From sequence record NC_061447.1: a stretch of 64,000 nucleotides of DNA. One strand, given 5' to 3'. Every line of letters starts with the position of its first letter. Position 1 is the stretch's first letter. The notes under the pieces are model-generated. The model had not been told where the DNA came from and made no database searches. It saw only the letters and a list, made by a program, of their open reading frames with translations. Position numbers and translations under genes: made by a program. Below, piece after piece: positions 1 to 9,930 of the stretch.

Positions 1-1455
1 CCAAAGATTAAGGAAGCATACAGGACGGCCATGATGGGCCGTCTTGGCGTTTCTCACTTTAGTTCGGAAGTCACTCGCAAGGCATTCCGCCGCATAACTA
101 AGCTGGTGGAAGTCAAGAGCGAAATAATTGAATGGGAAGACTTGCTGGAAGACCCTAACCTGAGCGAGGAGTTCAGGGATAGTCTGCGTGGAGCGGAAGA
201 GACACCAGCAAAGACCATGAAAGGGTTCGATAAGATTTATGACAGTCTGGAGAAGTATCGCCAGCGTCGTGATATCATGAACCTGGGTAAGATGATTGCC
301 AAAGACTTTGGTGAAGCTGACCCGGAAGAGTTTGACGAGCAGACGTACATGCAAGAGCTGGCAGATAAGCTCGGGCAGGCGCAGCGTGGCACACGAACGA
401 CCGAGAAGGTTTGGACGTTTGGTGGCAAGAAGTCGAACGCAACCAAGTTAGCCAAGCAGGTAATCACTAACCCGAAAGAAGTGATGTACAAAACTGGCTT
501 CAACTCCTACGACAAGAAGAACGGCGGCTGGCCGACTACTGGCGTTGTGTTGTTAGCTGGTTCAACTTCTGGTGGTAAGTCTGTGTTGTCAATGAACATC
601 GCAGACCGCATGGCAAAGATCAATGGCATTCACTGTCTCAAGGTCACACTCGAAATGACCGCCGAGCAGGAAATGAAGCGTATGCTGTCCATGATCAGTG
701 GCATCGACTTCTGGAAGATCAAGCAGGGTAAACTCTCGAAGCGTGAGCAGAAAGAACTGCTGAAAGCCGCGAAGAAGTACGACAAGCTCATGAGCAAGTC
801 GAAGGGTCGTAACTCGTTTACCAGCCCTGAGCGCGGCATGTCGATTGATGACGTTTTGTATATGTCGATTCCATATGGCGTACACGTAACGTTCATCGAC
901 TACGTTGGTCTGCTTGAAGGTATTGATAACGACAACCAGTGGCGTGAACTGTCTACCGTTGTGCGTAAAGCGAAAGTACACGCATCGGCGACAGGCCAGC
1001 TCGTTGTTATCCTGTGTCAGTTGGATGACCAGTCTGGTCGTATTCGTTATTCTGGCGGTATGCGTGAACACGCCGACGTTGTATGGGCGTGGAACTACTC
1101 TGACCCTGAAATCCGTGAAGGCAAAATCATTCCTGTTCAGGTAATGAAAGCGCGTGACGGTGAACTGTTCGAGATGCCACTCAAAGACCTCTTTGAGAAA
1201 ATGCGCGTCGAAGATGCAGACGAGGGCACAGAGGTACCGAAGTCGAAAGCGATATCTGCTGACGATATGGAAGGCGGAGATTCCAAGAAGAAATTCGGAA
1301 AAGGTAATTTCAAGAAGAAAGGTGATAAGATTGAGATTAAGAAGTCTCGTCGTGGTGCTGCTGCGTTCCTCAATTCAGGCAACGATAGCGATGACGACGA
1401 TGACGACGACCTGCCGAAGAAAAAGAAAAAGCGTAAGTCTTATGACGTAGCTTAG
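1..1455 (+). CDS. DnaB-like (SF4) replicative DNA helicase, 5' partial
   Basis: Walker A LLAGSTSGGKS, VTLEMT, Walker B FIDYVGLL, LCQL, KARDG. Frame is open from base 1, so the true start lies upstream. Poly-Asp/poly-Lys C-terminal tail. Confidence 0.85.
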   Translation, partial: PKIKEAYRTAMMGRLGVSHFSSEVTRKAFRRITKLVEVKSEIIEWEDLLEDPNLSEEFRDSLRGAEETPAKTMKGFDKIYDSLEKYRQRRDIMNLGKMIAKDFGEADPEEFDEQTYMQELADKLGQAQRGTRTTEKVWTFGGKKSNATKLAKQVITNPKEVMYKTGFNSYDKKNGGWPTTGVVLLAGSTSGGKSVLSMNIADRMAKINGIHCLKVTLEMTAEQEMKRMLSMISGIDFWKIKQGKLSKREQKELLKAAKKYDKLMSKSKGRNSFTSPERGMSIDDVLYMSIPYGVHVTFIDYVGLLEGIDNDNQWRELSTVVRKAKVHASATGQLVVILCQLDDQSGRIRYSGGMREHADVVWAWNYSDPEIREGKIIPVQVMKARDGELFEMPLKDLFEKMRVEDADEGTEVPKSKAISADDMEGGDSKKKFGKGNFKKKGDKIEIKKSRRGAAAFLNSGNDSDDDDDDDLPKKKKKRKSYDVA

Positions 1456-1463
1456 GAGTCTTC

Positions 1464-1706
1464 ATGGACAATATCGAGTGGCTAGTCTTTGATGACGAAG
1501 CCCGCAACAACATAGACAAGGATTATGTCTATTACGTTCGCACCAAGGAGGGTGCAGAACTCTCTGGTATGTACCCGAACGGTAATGGGTTCCACTGCCA
1601 GAATCCAGGTGAACCTAATCGTACTGACATGAGTGACGTTTCTCACTATGCAGTGCAGATGACGTTCGATGATCATGCCGACAAGTACGTGTTTGCCCGT
1701 GAGTAA
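1464..1706 (+). CDS. hypothetical protein
   Basis: 80-aa ORF, AGGAG upstream, tightly packed after helicase. Confidence 0.7.
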   Translation: MDNIEWLVFDDEARNNIDKDYVYYVRTKEGAELSGMYPNGNGFHCQNPGEPNRTDMSDVSHYAVQMTFDDHADKYVFARE

Positions 1707-2496
1707 CTTCGAAGGCCCATACGGACTTGTTGAGTCTGATTCAATGGTACCACGCTGGACGTACCCTGTTAAGCATGGGCAGGTGCGTCGTGTAGAAGCG
1801 TGGGAACTCGATAGATTATCAAACGCCACAGCGCCTGTGCGTATGGTGAATGATATCCATGCTATTCATAGTACCCCTGTAGAGGACCACGACGATGTAC
1901 TCGACCTCGACGAAGAAGCCGCAGCGCTCTCGAAAACTGAGTCCCGACTTCTTATCAAGCCTCGACTCAATGAAGTCCGAGCCCGTAAAAACAAAGACCA
2001 CGTTGGTCCAGAAAACGTCTTCTCAGTCGAAAGTGAAGTAATCGACGGTGCGCTTGACAGCATAGACGAACACTCGAAAACCTTCCGTGACTATTTGCTG
2101 CATCAGGTATTCAGCCCGATACTTGGGTTTGATATCGCAGCGGGTGAAGTCGAAGCAATCTCTAAGGACTGCCTCAAAACAGATCTGGAGATTGATAGTG
2201 AACTCGTGCCTTACATTGAACGTGTTGGCTTGGCAAACATCATTGGTGTGATGTTGTCTAAGTCTGATTCGGTTCCAGAGTCTGTGCGTACTGACGTGCT
2301 GAAAGACTGGCTGATCAAATCGTTCGATGATGTGCGAGCGGAGTATAAGTTGAAACACGGAACGAATACCTTACGTGATAAACTGCGCCGCTTGATGCAC
2401 GGTAACGATGACCTTGTTGCTAAAGGCGTTGGGATAGGAACAACGCGTGGTTATACTGAACACAGGAAAAAGCTGACCGAAAATGGCCAAGCCTAA
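1699..2496 (+). CDS. hypothetical protein (adjacent to TerL; small-terminase role possible but unsupported)
   Basis: Long ORF; GTG at 1699 overlaps the previous stop; overlaps TerL start. Confidence 0.65.
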   Translation: MSNFEGPYGLVESDSMVPRWTYPVKHGQVRRVEAWELDRLSNATAPVRMVNDIHAIHSTPVEDHDDVLDLDEEAAALSKTESRLLIKPRLNEVRARKNKDHVGPENVFSVESEVIDGALDSIDEHSKTFRDYLLHQVFSPILGFDIAAGEVEAISKDCLKTDLEIDSELVPYIERVGLANIIGVMLSKSDSVPESVRTDVLKDWLIKSFDDVRAEYKLKHGTNTLRDKLRRLMHGNDDLVAKGVGIGTTRGYTEHRKKLTENGQA

Positions 2497-5311
2497 AAAG
2501 GGCCCAGCATTCACGATACGTCCGAAACGAATCGCTGCGTTTGATGCGCTGCTTGGTGACGACGTAGGTGTGTCTGCCGCTTCCGACATGGACTTTTTGT
2601 CGGAGAATAGTTCGAGTGCGATTAACTTTCTCGAAAAGGGTGAGGTCAACATTGTTGATCTCGTCGAGGGTGCTTTGGAGCAACGCACACTTGTGCCGCG
2701 CGATTTGAAGTTTGATGACAGTTCAATGCCAAAGGCGAAACACTTCCTTGAGTGGTGTACTAGTCCTGACTTCTTAAAAGCAGAACCGTATCTCGAACAG
2801 GCCCTTATTGGCCTTCGTCTATTCGGTGAGATCTGTGTACGCTGTAGTCCTAACTTGCAATGGATGTACACAGAGAACCACGAGCCGCAAGAAACCACAG
2901 CCGCGATTGAGAAGCATCTGCACCTGTTACACAATGGTGTATGCCCTCATTGCGGCGCTCGTCGTTCTGAGATGATTAAAAAGGGCGAGATGAACTTCTA
3001 CAACGAACTGGCGGTGAACGCCGGACAGCGTTGTGTGATTGCATCTACGCCTGTTGTGACTTCTCGTGGTATTATGCCTATCGGTCATATGATGATTGGC
3101 CACGACAGCCCTGGGTTCCACAAGCCGCAGCGTAACTTCAATGCGCATAACGGCCGTGAGATTCGAAGCGTCAGTCAAGTCTATGTGTCCGATGTTGCGC
3201 CAACCAAAGTCGTCATGCTTGCAAACGGCATGTGGATTGAAGCTACCCATGAGCACCCTGTGCGCACTGAGGAAGGCTTTAAGAAAGTGTCTAAGCTGCG
3301 GGGTGGTGAGCGTATCGAAATCAAACTCGGTACGAACGCATGGGGCAAGATTCAACGGCCTGTCAGTATCTACGATGCTGGCCTGTCTACGCGAGAAGAA
3401 GCGCTGCGTTACATTGCCGAGAGAAGTGTGCCTCTTGGTGATAAGATGCAGTACGTTACTGACGACACCGACGCACTTCAAATGGTGTGGTCGATTCTGA
3501 TCAACGCTGGTCATATGCCGCAAATCGTTCACGGTACGCGCATGTGGAGCTTGGTCTACGATTTGACTGAGCAGCCTGAGTGCCGTTCCGTTCACGTCGA
3601 AGTGATATCCGTTGATGATGGTACTCCGCAGGTTACGTATGACTTGCAGATGGAAGGCCTACCGCAGTTCGTTGCGTCAGGCATCCTACACCACAACAGC
3701 GGTAAGTCGGTCGTAGTAGCAATGATCTCGACCTATCTGACGCACAGGCTGCTTATGTCGCAGTCGCCTACTGGCATCTTGAGCATCGACAACACAACCG
3801 TATTGCACGGCACGTTCGTCGCGCTGACTCAGAAGCAAGCGTCCGATACACTCTGGACTCCGTACTTCAACTACATCATGGGTAGCCCTTGGTTCCAAGC
3901 CTATCATGATCTGATTCGCAAACACGAACGCCGTTACGGCATCGAGGTGATGAAGATTCGTGATACGTTCGTGCTATACGGACACAGGAACTTTGTTATC
4001 TACCCAGCAGGTCCAGATGGTCGTATTCTTCGTGGTCGAACCCGTGTACTGGCGGTAATCGACGAAGTGGCGTACTTCGACAACGACGCCCAATCGAAGA
4101 AGATTAAAGTTAGTGCTGGTGCGGTATACGGAGCACTTGACCGTTCACTCGCAACCGTTCGTGCTAAAGAAAAACGCCAGGTCGAAGCTGGCTATGATGA
4201 AGCGTTCACAGGTTACTTCTGCAACATTAGTAGTCCTGTACACGCCCGTGATAAGATCAACGAACTGCTTCGTATGTCAGTTGGCTCGAAGACGCTGCTT
4301 GGGATTCACGCTCCTACATGGAAGATGAACCCAGACATGCCGCGCAACTCCGAGTTCCTGTTAGAAGCATTTCGTCGTGACCCTGTAGGTGCCGCTCGTG
4401 ACTATGGAGCAGAAGCACCGTTGTCGGCTAACCCTTTCATCACGCAGCCTACGTTTATCGCAGATGCTATTCGTGAGAAAGGTCGTTCGATGTGTACCTA
4501 TACCCACCACATCATTCGACATAAGGACGGCGAGCGCCAGCGTTATGGTAGTCTCGTCAAAGCGGCCTCAACGACAAAAGCGTCGATACTTGCAATTGAC
4601 GCAGGCTTCTCGAACAACAGTTTTGCTCTGGTCACAGGCTCACGCGATGATGCCGGGATTATCAGTGTCGATTGTCTGGTAGAGATCGTACCGAAGCCTG
4701 GCATACCATTGAACTACACCCTCATATTCGATGAACTCCTAATTCCGTTGTGCAAATCGCGTAACGTGCGCGTGATGCTCGCTGACCAGTGGCAGTCACT
4801 CAAGCTGCTGCAAGATGCGAAACTGAAAGTGGATTCGATTGAGGAGTCTGCCCAGTACAGCCTGAAATATCAGGATATGTGGACTGTTAAGACGATGTTC
4901 GAATCGCAGCCAAGCCGCATCAGTCTGCCTCGCATGACTCACGCGAAAACTATTGCGGACACGTTGAAGTATGATGGCGACGAATATCCTCAGTGCTTCG
5001 AAAACAAACCAACAGAGCACTTGATTATGCAGCTCCAGACTGTGCAAGACACAGGCCGCAGCGTAATCAAGAACACAGGGGCAACCGATGACCTGTGGCG
5101 TGCTATGGCACTCATGGTCTATGGCTTCGAGTGTGGTGAGTATGACGAGTATCTGACGAAAGCTCCTGAGATAGCTATGAACCGTGACCCGAATCGCTTG
5201 GGACGCGTGGCACACAGACTCAACTCAGGTACTGCTGGTAGCTCGCGTGTTGCGCTTACTGGCGGTCGTGTTCTCGGTTCTGCGCGTACTCGAATGATTG
5301 GCCGTAAATAA
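2483..5311 (+). CDS. terminase large subunit, intein-containing
   Basis: After removing the intein, Walker A reads GQR/SGKS; GRTRVLAVIDE Walker B; nuclease AIDAG and DDLWRA acidic motifs; precedes portal. Confidence 0.9.
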   Translation: MAKPKKGPAFTIRPKRIAAFDALLGDDVGVSAASDMDFLSENSSSAINFLEKGEVNIVDLVEGALEQRTLVPRDLKFDDSSMPKAKHFLEWCTSPDFLKAEPYLEQALIGLRLFGEICVRCSPNLQWMYTENHEPQETTAAIEKHLHLLHNGVCPHCGARRSEMIKKGEMNFYNELAVNAGQRCVIASTPVVTSRGIMPIGHMMIGHDSPGFHKPQRNFNAHNGREIRSVSQVYVSDVAPTKVVMLANGMWIEATHEHPVRTEEGFKKVSKLRGGERIEIKLGTNAWGKIQRPVSIYDAGLSTREEALRYIAERSVPLGDKMQYVTDDTDALQMVWSILINAGHMPQIVHGTRMWSLVYDLTEQPECRSVHVEVISVDDGTPQVTYDLQMEGLPQFVASGILHHNSGKSVVVAMISTYLTHRLLMSQSPTGILSIDNTTVLHGTFVALTQKQASDTLWTPYFNYIMGSPWFQAYHDLIRKHERRYGIEVMKIRDTFVLYGHRNFVIYPAGPDGRILRGRTRVLAVIDEVAYFDNDAQSKKIKVSAGAVYGALDRSLATVRAKEKRQVEAGYDEAFTGYFCNISSPVHARDKINELLRMSVGSKTLLGIHAPTWKMNPDMPRNSEFLLEAFRRDPVGAARDYGAEAPLSANPFITQPTFIADAIREKGRSMCTYTHHIIRHKDGERQRYGSLVKAASTTKASILAIDAGFSNNSFALVTGSRDDAGIISVDCLVEIVPKPGIPLNYTLIFDELLIPLCKSRNVRVMLADQWQSLKLLQDAKLKVDSIEESAQYSLKYQDMWTVKTMFESQPSRISLPRMTHAKTIADTLKYDGDEYPQCFENKPTEHLIMQLQTVQDTGRSVIKNTGATDDLWRAMALMVYGFECGEYDEYLTKAPEIAMNRDPNRLGRVAHRLNSGTAGSSRVALTGGRVLGSARTRMIGRK
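3032..3697 (+). mobile_element. intein (222 aa) in TerL Walker A
   Basis: Begins CVIASTPV, block B ATHEHP, ends YDLQMEGLPQFVASGILHHN followed by Ser+1. Confidence 0.9.
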
Positions 5312-5350
5312 GCTAATTTAGTAGAGTCAGTTATCACAAGGAACAAGATC

Positions 5351-5566
5351 ATGAGCAAGCATTACAATCCGTTGCTGGACAATAACTCTGTAAAGTCAGA
5401 GTCAGGTACCAAAGGTGCAGTAGAGAGCACAAGCGCGTTCGTTGTTGATAGCGCTAACTACTGCCCTAAATGTGGTTCCTCAACAGTGCCGACTAAACTG
5501 CTTTCTGGTGAGGACGTCATGTTCTGCACTGGTTGCCGCGTAAGTCTCGCCATTCCGTTACAGTGA
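5351..5566 (+). CDS. small zinc-ribbon protein
   Basis: CPKC...CTGC; lies between TerL and portal. Confidence 0.7.
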   Translation: MSKHYNPLLDNNSVKSESGTKGAVESTSAFVVDSANYCPKCGSSTVPTKLLSGEDVMFCTGCRVSLAIPLQ

Positions 5567-5573
5567 GGTTCAG

Positions 5574-7517
5574 ATGGGTATTCAGGTCGGGCGTCGTCAA
5601 TTGGGCGCTGCACCCTCGGAGCCTGCAAAGAAGAAAACAAACAATTCTCTCGGCGCAGCCTCTTTACCGCGCGAGATAGGCAAAGCAATCCGCAGTGAGA
5701 GTTCGCGTCGTCACACTGACTTCGTATCTCAATCTGCGGGTGGCGCAGGGATGGCTGCCGGTAATATGCAAATTGGTACCGTGCCTCTTGATATCGACTT
5801 AGAGCCGATGATGGAAGGTATGGACTATGATGCTGACGACCGACAGCTATTCAACGTCTACCGCGATATGTATCACTTCGATCCAATCTGCGGCTCTTAT
5901 GTGGACTTGTTCTCAACGCTACCATTCTCCGATGTGAGTTTCAGTGGCGCGAAAGACAGTGTGCTTGAGCCGTATTACGAAGTGAACGAACGTCTGTCAC
6001 TGACCACCAGTATGCCGAACATCACAACCGATATTCAGGTTACTGGCGCGTTCGTTGGCAGTATGATCTACAACAAAGACCGTAAGAAGTTCATCGACCT
6101 GATGACGCACCGTTACGACAATATCGACGTGACAGCTCTGCCGTTTATCAGTCAAGACCCGATGTTCGAACTGCGCATTCCTCAGTACGTGAAGTCTGCT
6201 TTCGCCAAAGAAGGTAAACGTATTGACGCGCTGAAAAAAGAACTGGGCCCTGCGTTCGTTGATAAGTTGATGAACGACACGACGATGGAACTCGACCCCA
6301 TCGGCACAATCTACATTCCACGTAAGACGTTCAGCTTTGGCGAAGGTATCTCGGTGTTACGCCGTGTGCTGCCAATCTGGCTGATCGAAAAGAACCTGTA
6401 TCGTGGTACGCTGATTGAGTCGGGCCGTCGTCAACGCGGTATCTTACACGCCCAGCTGGGTGATGGTGATCAGTGGGAACCGTCGCAAGAAGAAATGGAC
6501 TTTATGACCGACCTTCTTCTGTCTGCGGATAGTGACCCGATTGGATCTATCATTACCACACGCTTGGGTGTGAACATCAGCGAGTTCCGTCAAGGCGGTG
6601 ACTTCTGGAAGATTACGGATATCTGGGACCAGACTGCTCAATTCAAAATGCGAGCTATGGGTATCAGTGAAGCGTTCCTCAGCGGTGAAGCGAACTATGA
6701 CTCTGGCGCTGCTGGCCTGACGATTTTCGTTGAAGCGATGCGAGCGTTCCGTGATCATCTGACGCGTAAAGTCTACTACGAGAAAGTCTTCCCTCTTATC
6801 AGTATGATGAACGGCCTTGCTGTTCAGCGTAACGGTAAGATCATCAAGAAGAACAATCTCATGGACGGCGGCTTGACCGAAGTAATGTACAAACTGAATG
6901 ACGGTAGCAAACTGTTTATTCCGAACGTGCATTGGTCTAAGCAACTGCGTCCTGACGTTGACCAAGCGATGATGGAAAACTTACGTGCGATGACTGAGCT
7001 GGGCGTTCCAGTTCCGTTACGTGCTATCGCTGCGGCTGGCGGGTACAACTTCGACCAGATTCTTATGGATCAGGATGAAGACCTCGCTATGCGTCGTAAG
7101 CTGATGGCCTATCGCAAACGTATGTCTGAAATCGACGCTGAGTTCGCACCTCCTGAGCCGGGTGCTGGTGGTGACGGTGACAGCTTTAGTTCTGTCAGTA
7201 GCATGTCTGGTGACCGTGACCTGCAACGTCGCCGTCGTCATATCGCTGGTATCGGCCTGTCATCTGCTGTTCTTGGTGGTGAGAAGCGTAAGCTGCTTAA
7301 CCGCGACTTCGGTGAACGTTCTGAAATCTTTGAACTGTCCAAGACAGGTAAGAAGAAACACGTCTTCCGTCAGTCTGTGGCGAACAGCCGTGCTAACGAC
7401 CAAATCTGGAAAGCTGCTAAGAACTATGAAGCCAACAAAACGATGCCTCTCGATAACGGCAAGGTTTCATTCCAGCCTACACCGGGTGAGCTTCGTGCAA
7501 TGTCGAGACTCCGTTAA
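5574..7517 (+). CDS. portal protein
   Basis: 647 aa downstream of TerL; YRDMYHFDPICGSYVD resembles the N-terminal motif of myovirus portals; synteny. Confidence 0.7.
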   Translation: MGIQVGRRQLGAAPSEPAKKKTNNSLGAASLPREIGKAIRSESSRRHTDFVSQSAGGAGMAAGNMQIGTVPLDIDLEPMMEGMDYDADDRQLFNVYRDMYHFDPICGSYVDLFSTLPFSDVSFSGAKDSVLEPYYEVNERLSLTTSMPNITTDIQVTGAFVGSMIYNKDRKKFIDLMTHRYDNIDVTALPFISQDPMFELRIPQYVKSAFAKEGKRIDALKKELGPAFVDKLMNDTTMELDPIGTIYIPRKTFSFGEGISVLRRVLPIWLIEKNLYRGTLIESGRRQRGILHAQLGDGDQWEPSQEEMDFMTDLLLSADSDPIGSIITTRLGVNISEFRQGGDFWKITDIWDQTAQFKMRAMGISEAFLSGEANYDSGAAGLTIFVEAMRAFRDHLTRKVYYEKVFPLISMMNGLAVQRNGKIIKKNNLMDGGLTEVMYKLNDGSKLFIPNVHWSKQLRPDVDQAMMENLRAMTELGVPVPLRAIAAAGGYNFDQILMDQDEDLAMRRKLMAYRKRMSEIDAEFAPPEPGAGGDGDSFSSVSSMSGDRDLQRRRRHIAGIGLSSAVLGGEKRKLLNRDFGERSEIFELSKTGKKKHVFRQSVANSRANDQIWKAAKNYEANKTMPLDNGKVSFQPTPGELRAMSRLR

Positions 7518-7852
7518 TGTACAACGTTTCAACGTGTCCAATTGACGGTACTGAGGGGGTGGTTGTTTATCGCCACCCAATCTTTACCGATTATGGCTTG
7601 GGGTTGAAGATTGATCGTAGTGGCGAAATGACTGTCGTTGAGTGCAACATCGTTAATGGTGTTATTGACGGCCAGTCAAAGCTGGAAGTAATCACGGACC
7701 ACACCGCACCGTTGGATGTTCAACTGTGGTGTTTTACGTGTATGATCAATCTGAGAGAATCTGTAAATAGACAGAGCCTTTCACTAGATGCCTTATTCCC
7801 TAATAATGGGGGCATCGTTTATTACAATCAAAATCAGGAGAGTACATCGTGA
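7517..7852 (+). CDS. hypothetical protein
   Basis: TAATG coupling with portal. Confidence 0.65.
   Translation: MYNVSTCPIDGTEGVVVYRHPIFTDYGLGLKIDRSGEMTVVECNIVNGVIDGQSKLEVITDHTAPLDVQLWCFTCMINLRESVNRQSLSLDALFPNNGGIVYYNQNQESTS
7761..7769 (+). promoter_or_regulatory. CTGTAAATA promoter-like motif
   Basis: Recurrent 9-mer, 80 nt upstream of the 7849 start. Confidence 0.55.
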
Positions 7853-8235
7853 GTGGATTATTCCCGCATCGCGTTATCGATCAAAAAGAAGGTTTCGTGT
7901 TCATCGTTCAGCCCGCTGACGACAACGATCCTGACGCGGTAGAAGCTGCGCGTGAAGTCGAAGAAGTGTTGGCAGAAGCCTGGCCGACTGCGCCTTCTGA
8001 ATTGACCGTCGATGACGTGCGCGATCCAGAAGAAGCCGAACTGATTTACGCCGACGTAGCGCAACTGCTGGAAGAAGCAGAGCGCGAAGAAGCGAAACAG
8101 ATCGTGATCACCAGCGTTGTAGTTGCTGGTAACATGGCCATCGTCAACTGTATGCTGACTGGCGAAGACATGGAAGAAGACGACGAAGACGAAGATGATG
8201 ATTCCGTTGAAGCTGACGAAGAAGACTTCGATTAA
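7849..8235 (+). CDS. highly acidic hypothetical protein
   Basis: AGGAG SD, GTG start; Asp/Glu-rich throughout, tail EDMEEDDEDEDDD. Confidence 0.75.
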   Translation: MSGLFPHRVIDQKEGFVFIVQPADDNDPDAVEAAREVEEVLAEAWPTAPSELTVDDVRDPEEAELIYADVAQLLEEAEREEAKQIVITSVVVAGNMAIVNCMLTGEDMEEDDEDEDDDSVEADEEDFD

Positions 8236-8244
8236 CGTCTGTCG

Positions 8245-8264
8245 TGAGGACCTTCGGGTCCTCA
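8245..8264 (+). promoter_or_regulatory. UUCG hairpin containing the GAGGA SD
   Basis: TGAGGACC-TTCG-GGTCCTCA perfect 8-bp stem, no U tract, ends at ATG 8264. Confidence 0.5.
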
Positions 8265-8398
8265 TGAATCTTGCTGATACTAACGTGGCTTATGCAGCAA
8301 AGTTCCTTACTAACAAGACAGACGACGAAGCACGTAGTCTGCTTGCTGCCCTTAACAATGAGGAAGTAGAATCACTCTATAACTTCTTGGTGGCATAA
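8264..8398 (+). CDS. small hypothetical protein (44 aa)
   Basis: ATG after hairpin; TAATG coupling to the next gene. Confidence 0.5.
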   Translation: MNLADTNVAYAAKFLTNKTDDEARSLLAALNNEEVESLYNFLVA

Positions 8399-8895
8399 TG
8401 GAAACAAACTCAGTGGACGGAAGTCCTAATAGCGCAAGGCATCGCATTTTCTTCAAGCAGCCGAAACGAGTACCTCCCTTCGATACAGCTTTCGTTCGTT
8501 CCTCAAACAAGGAAGGACTGAAAGTTCTCCTATCGGCTGCTCCTGAACATTGTCAGATTATTTTGTTTACGGACGGCCCCGGCGCCGCTTACGCCTTGAA
8601 ACGCCTCTTTAAGCGCAACTTCAAACTCTGTTCGCAAGCTCCACAACTTGACCTTAGGACACTTACGTTCACAGGTCAGGTCGTTCTACAGTTCGTTCGC
8701 GGTGGTGCAGTCGTCGATCCACTCGCTCGTTACTTCTGTGCTGGTGATAGCTATCTGCATGAGCTTGCCCAGACGTCGAAGATTGCCGAAGTCGATACAG
8801 ATACGATTGATATGTTCTGTTGCGGCTTGGGGTTTCATCATGCGCTACGCGAACGCGGTCGAGGCCGTTCTCTCGTATTCGCGGAGGAACAATGA
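8398..8895 (+). CDS. hypothetical protein
   Basis: 165-aa ORF coupled on both sides. Confidence 0.65.
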   Translation: METNSVDGSPNSARHRIFFKQPKRVPPFDTAFVRSSNKEGLKVLLSAAPEHCQIILFTDGPGAAYALKRLFKRNFKLCSQAPQLDLRTLTFTGQVVLQFVRGGAVVDPLARYFCAGDSYLHELAQTSKIAEVDTDTIDMFCCGLGFHHALRERGRGRSLVFAEEQ

Positions 8896-9920
8896 GTAGA
8901 TCGTTCGCCTCTATCGGGAAAACTCCCGTTGCTGGCACGACACCGAAGATGAAAATCAAGTACGGTAAGCTGCCTATGCTGCATATCGTTGATGCCTCGA
9001 ACTGGATGTGCCGAGCATACTTTGCCACGAACAAGAATCCGACTTACGCCAAAGATGGTACTCCCAACTATGGCTTGCGTCAGTTCATGAACATGGCGAA
9101 AGACTTGATTGATATTGCGGCGAAAGACCCTAACGGTGCGTACATTGCGTGGTGCTTCGACCCAAGCAGTTCCGCAACATGGCGCTACCGTGCGATTCAA
9201 CAATGGGCTGCCGAGAACAAAAAGAAATACGTTAAGGAGGTCTTCAAGAAGTCGAGCGACTATAAGGGCAACCGAGATCGTTCGCTGACTGTCGAACTCC
9301 CTGTGCAAATGGAACTGGCGCAGCGTATTCTTGAAATGGCTGGGTACTACGTTGGCATAAAAGCGCCTTACGAATGTGATGACCTTGTAGGCACACTGAG
9401 TGATCGCTTCAAGCACAACTATCTGGTCAAGCTATACTCGCGTGATAAAGACTACGTGCAACTTGTGGACCACAAGAACGTTGAGCTTATCATGCAAGCG
9501 CAGTCTAATGCAGCCGAGCGTCGCTTCACGCTTAAAACTGCTCAAGGATTCTTTGGCGTACCTCCGGATCGCGTTATTGATATGCTGGCACTTTCCGGCG
9601 ATAGCGTTGATAACGTTCCAGGGATTCCGGGCATTGGCGAAAAGACTGCGGCCGAGTTCATTCACCGTTATGGCGGCGCGCTCGAACTTCGAGATGCGTT
9701 GTTGAGCGGCAAGTTGAAGTCGAATGCTCGTTGGGCGCAAGCACTGACAGGCAAGGTACCTTCAATGGATATTGAATTGCAAATGGAGCTTGTAACTATC
9801 GACCGTAACGTTCCGACTTTGCCTCGCAAGATCGAAGCGTTCGCGCCAGGCAGACCTGATATAAAAGCGTTGAAAGCAACTATGAAACGCTTGGGTCTAC
9901 CGCATCTATTACACGTCTAA
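8892..9920 (+). CDS. 5'-3' exonuclease / flap endonuclease (PolI N-terminal, T4 RNase H / T5 D15 family)
   Basis: IVDAS..YFA, CFD, YKGNR, ECDD, SRDKD, GDSVDNVPGIPGIGEKTA (H3TH). Confidence 0.92.
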   Translation: MSRSFASIGKTPVAGTTPKMKIKYGKLPMLHIVDASNWMCRAYFATNKNPTYAKDGTPNYGLRQFMNMAKDLIDIAAKDPNGAYIAWCFDPSSSATWRYRAIQQWAAENKKKYVKEVFKKSSDYKGNRDRSLTVELPVQMELAQRILEMAGYYVGIKAPYECDDLVGTLSDRFKHNYLVKLYSRDKDYVQLVDHKNVELIMQAQSNAAERRFTLKTAQGFFGVPPDRVIDMLALSGDSVDNVPGIPGIGEKTAAEFIHRYGGALELRDALLSGKLKSNARWAQALTGKVPSMDIELQMELVTIDRNVPTLPRKIEAFAPGRPDIKALKATMKRLGLPHLLHV

Positions 9921-9930
9921 TGAGGATATC

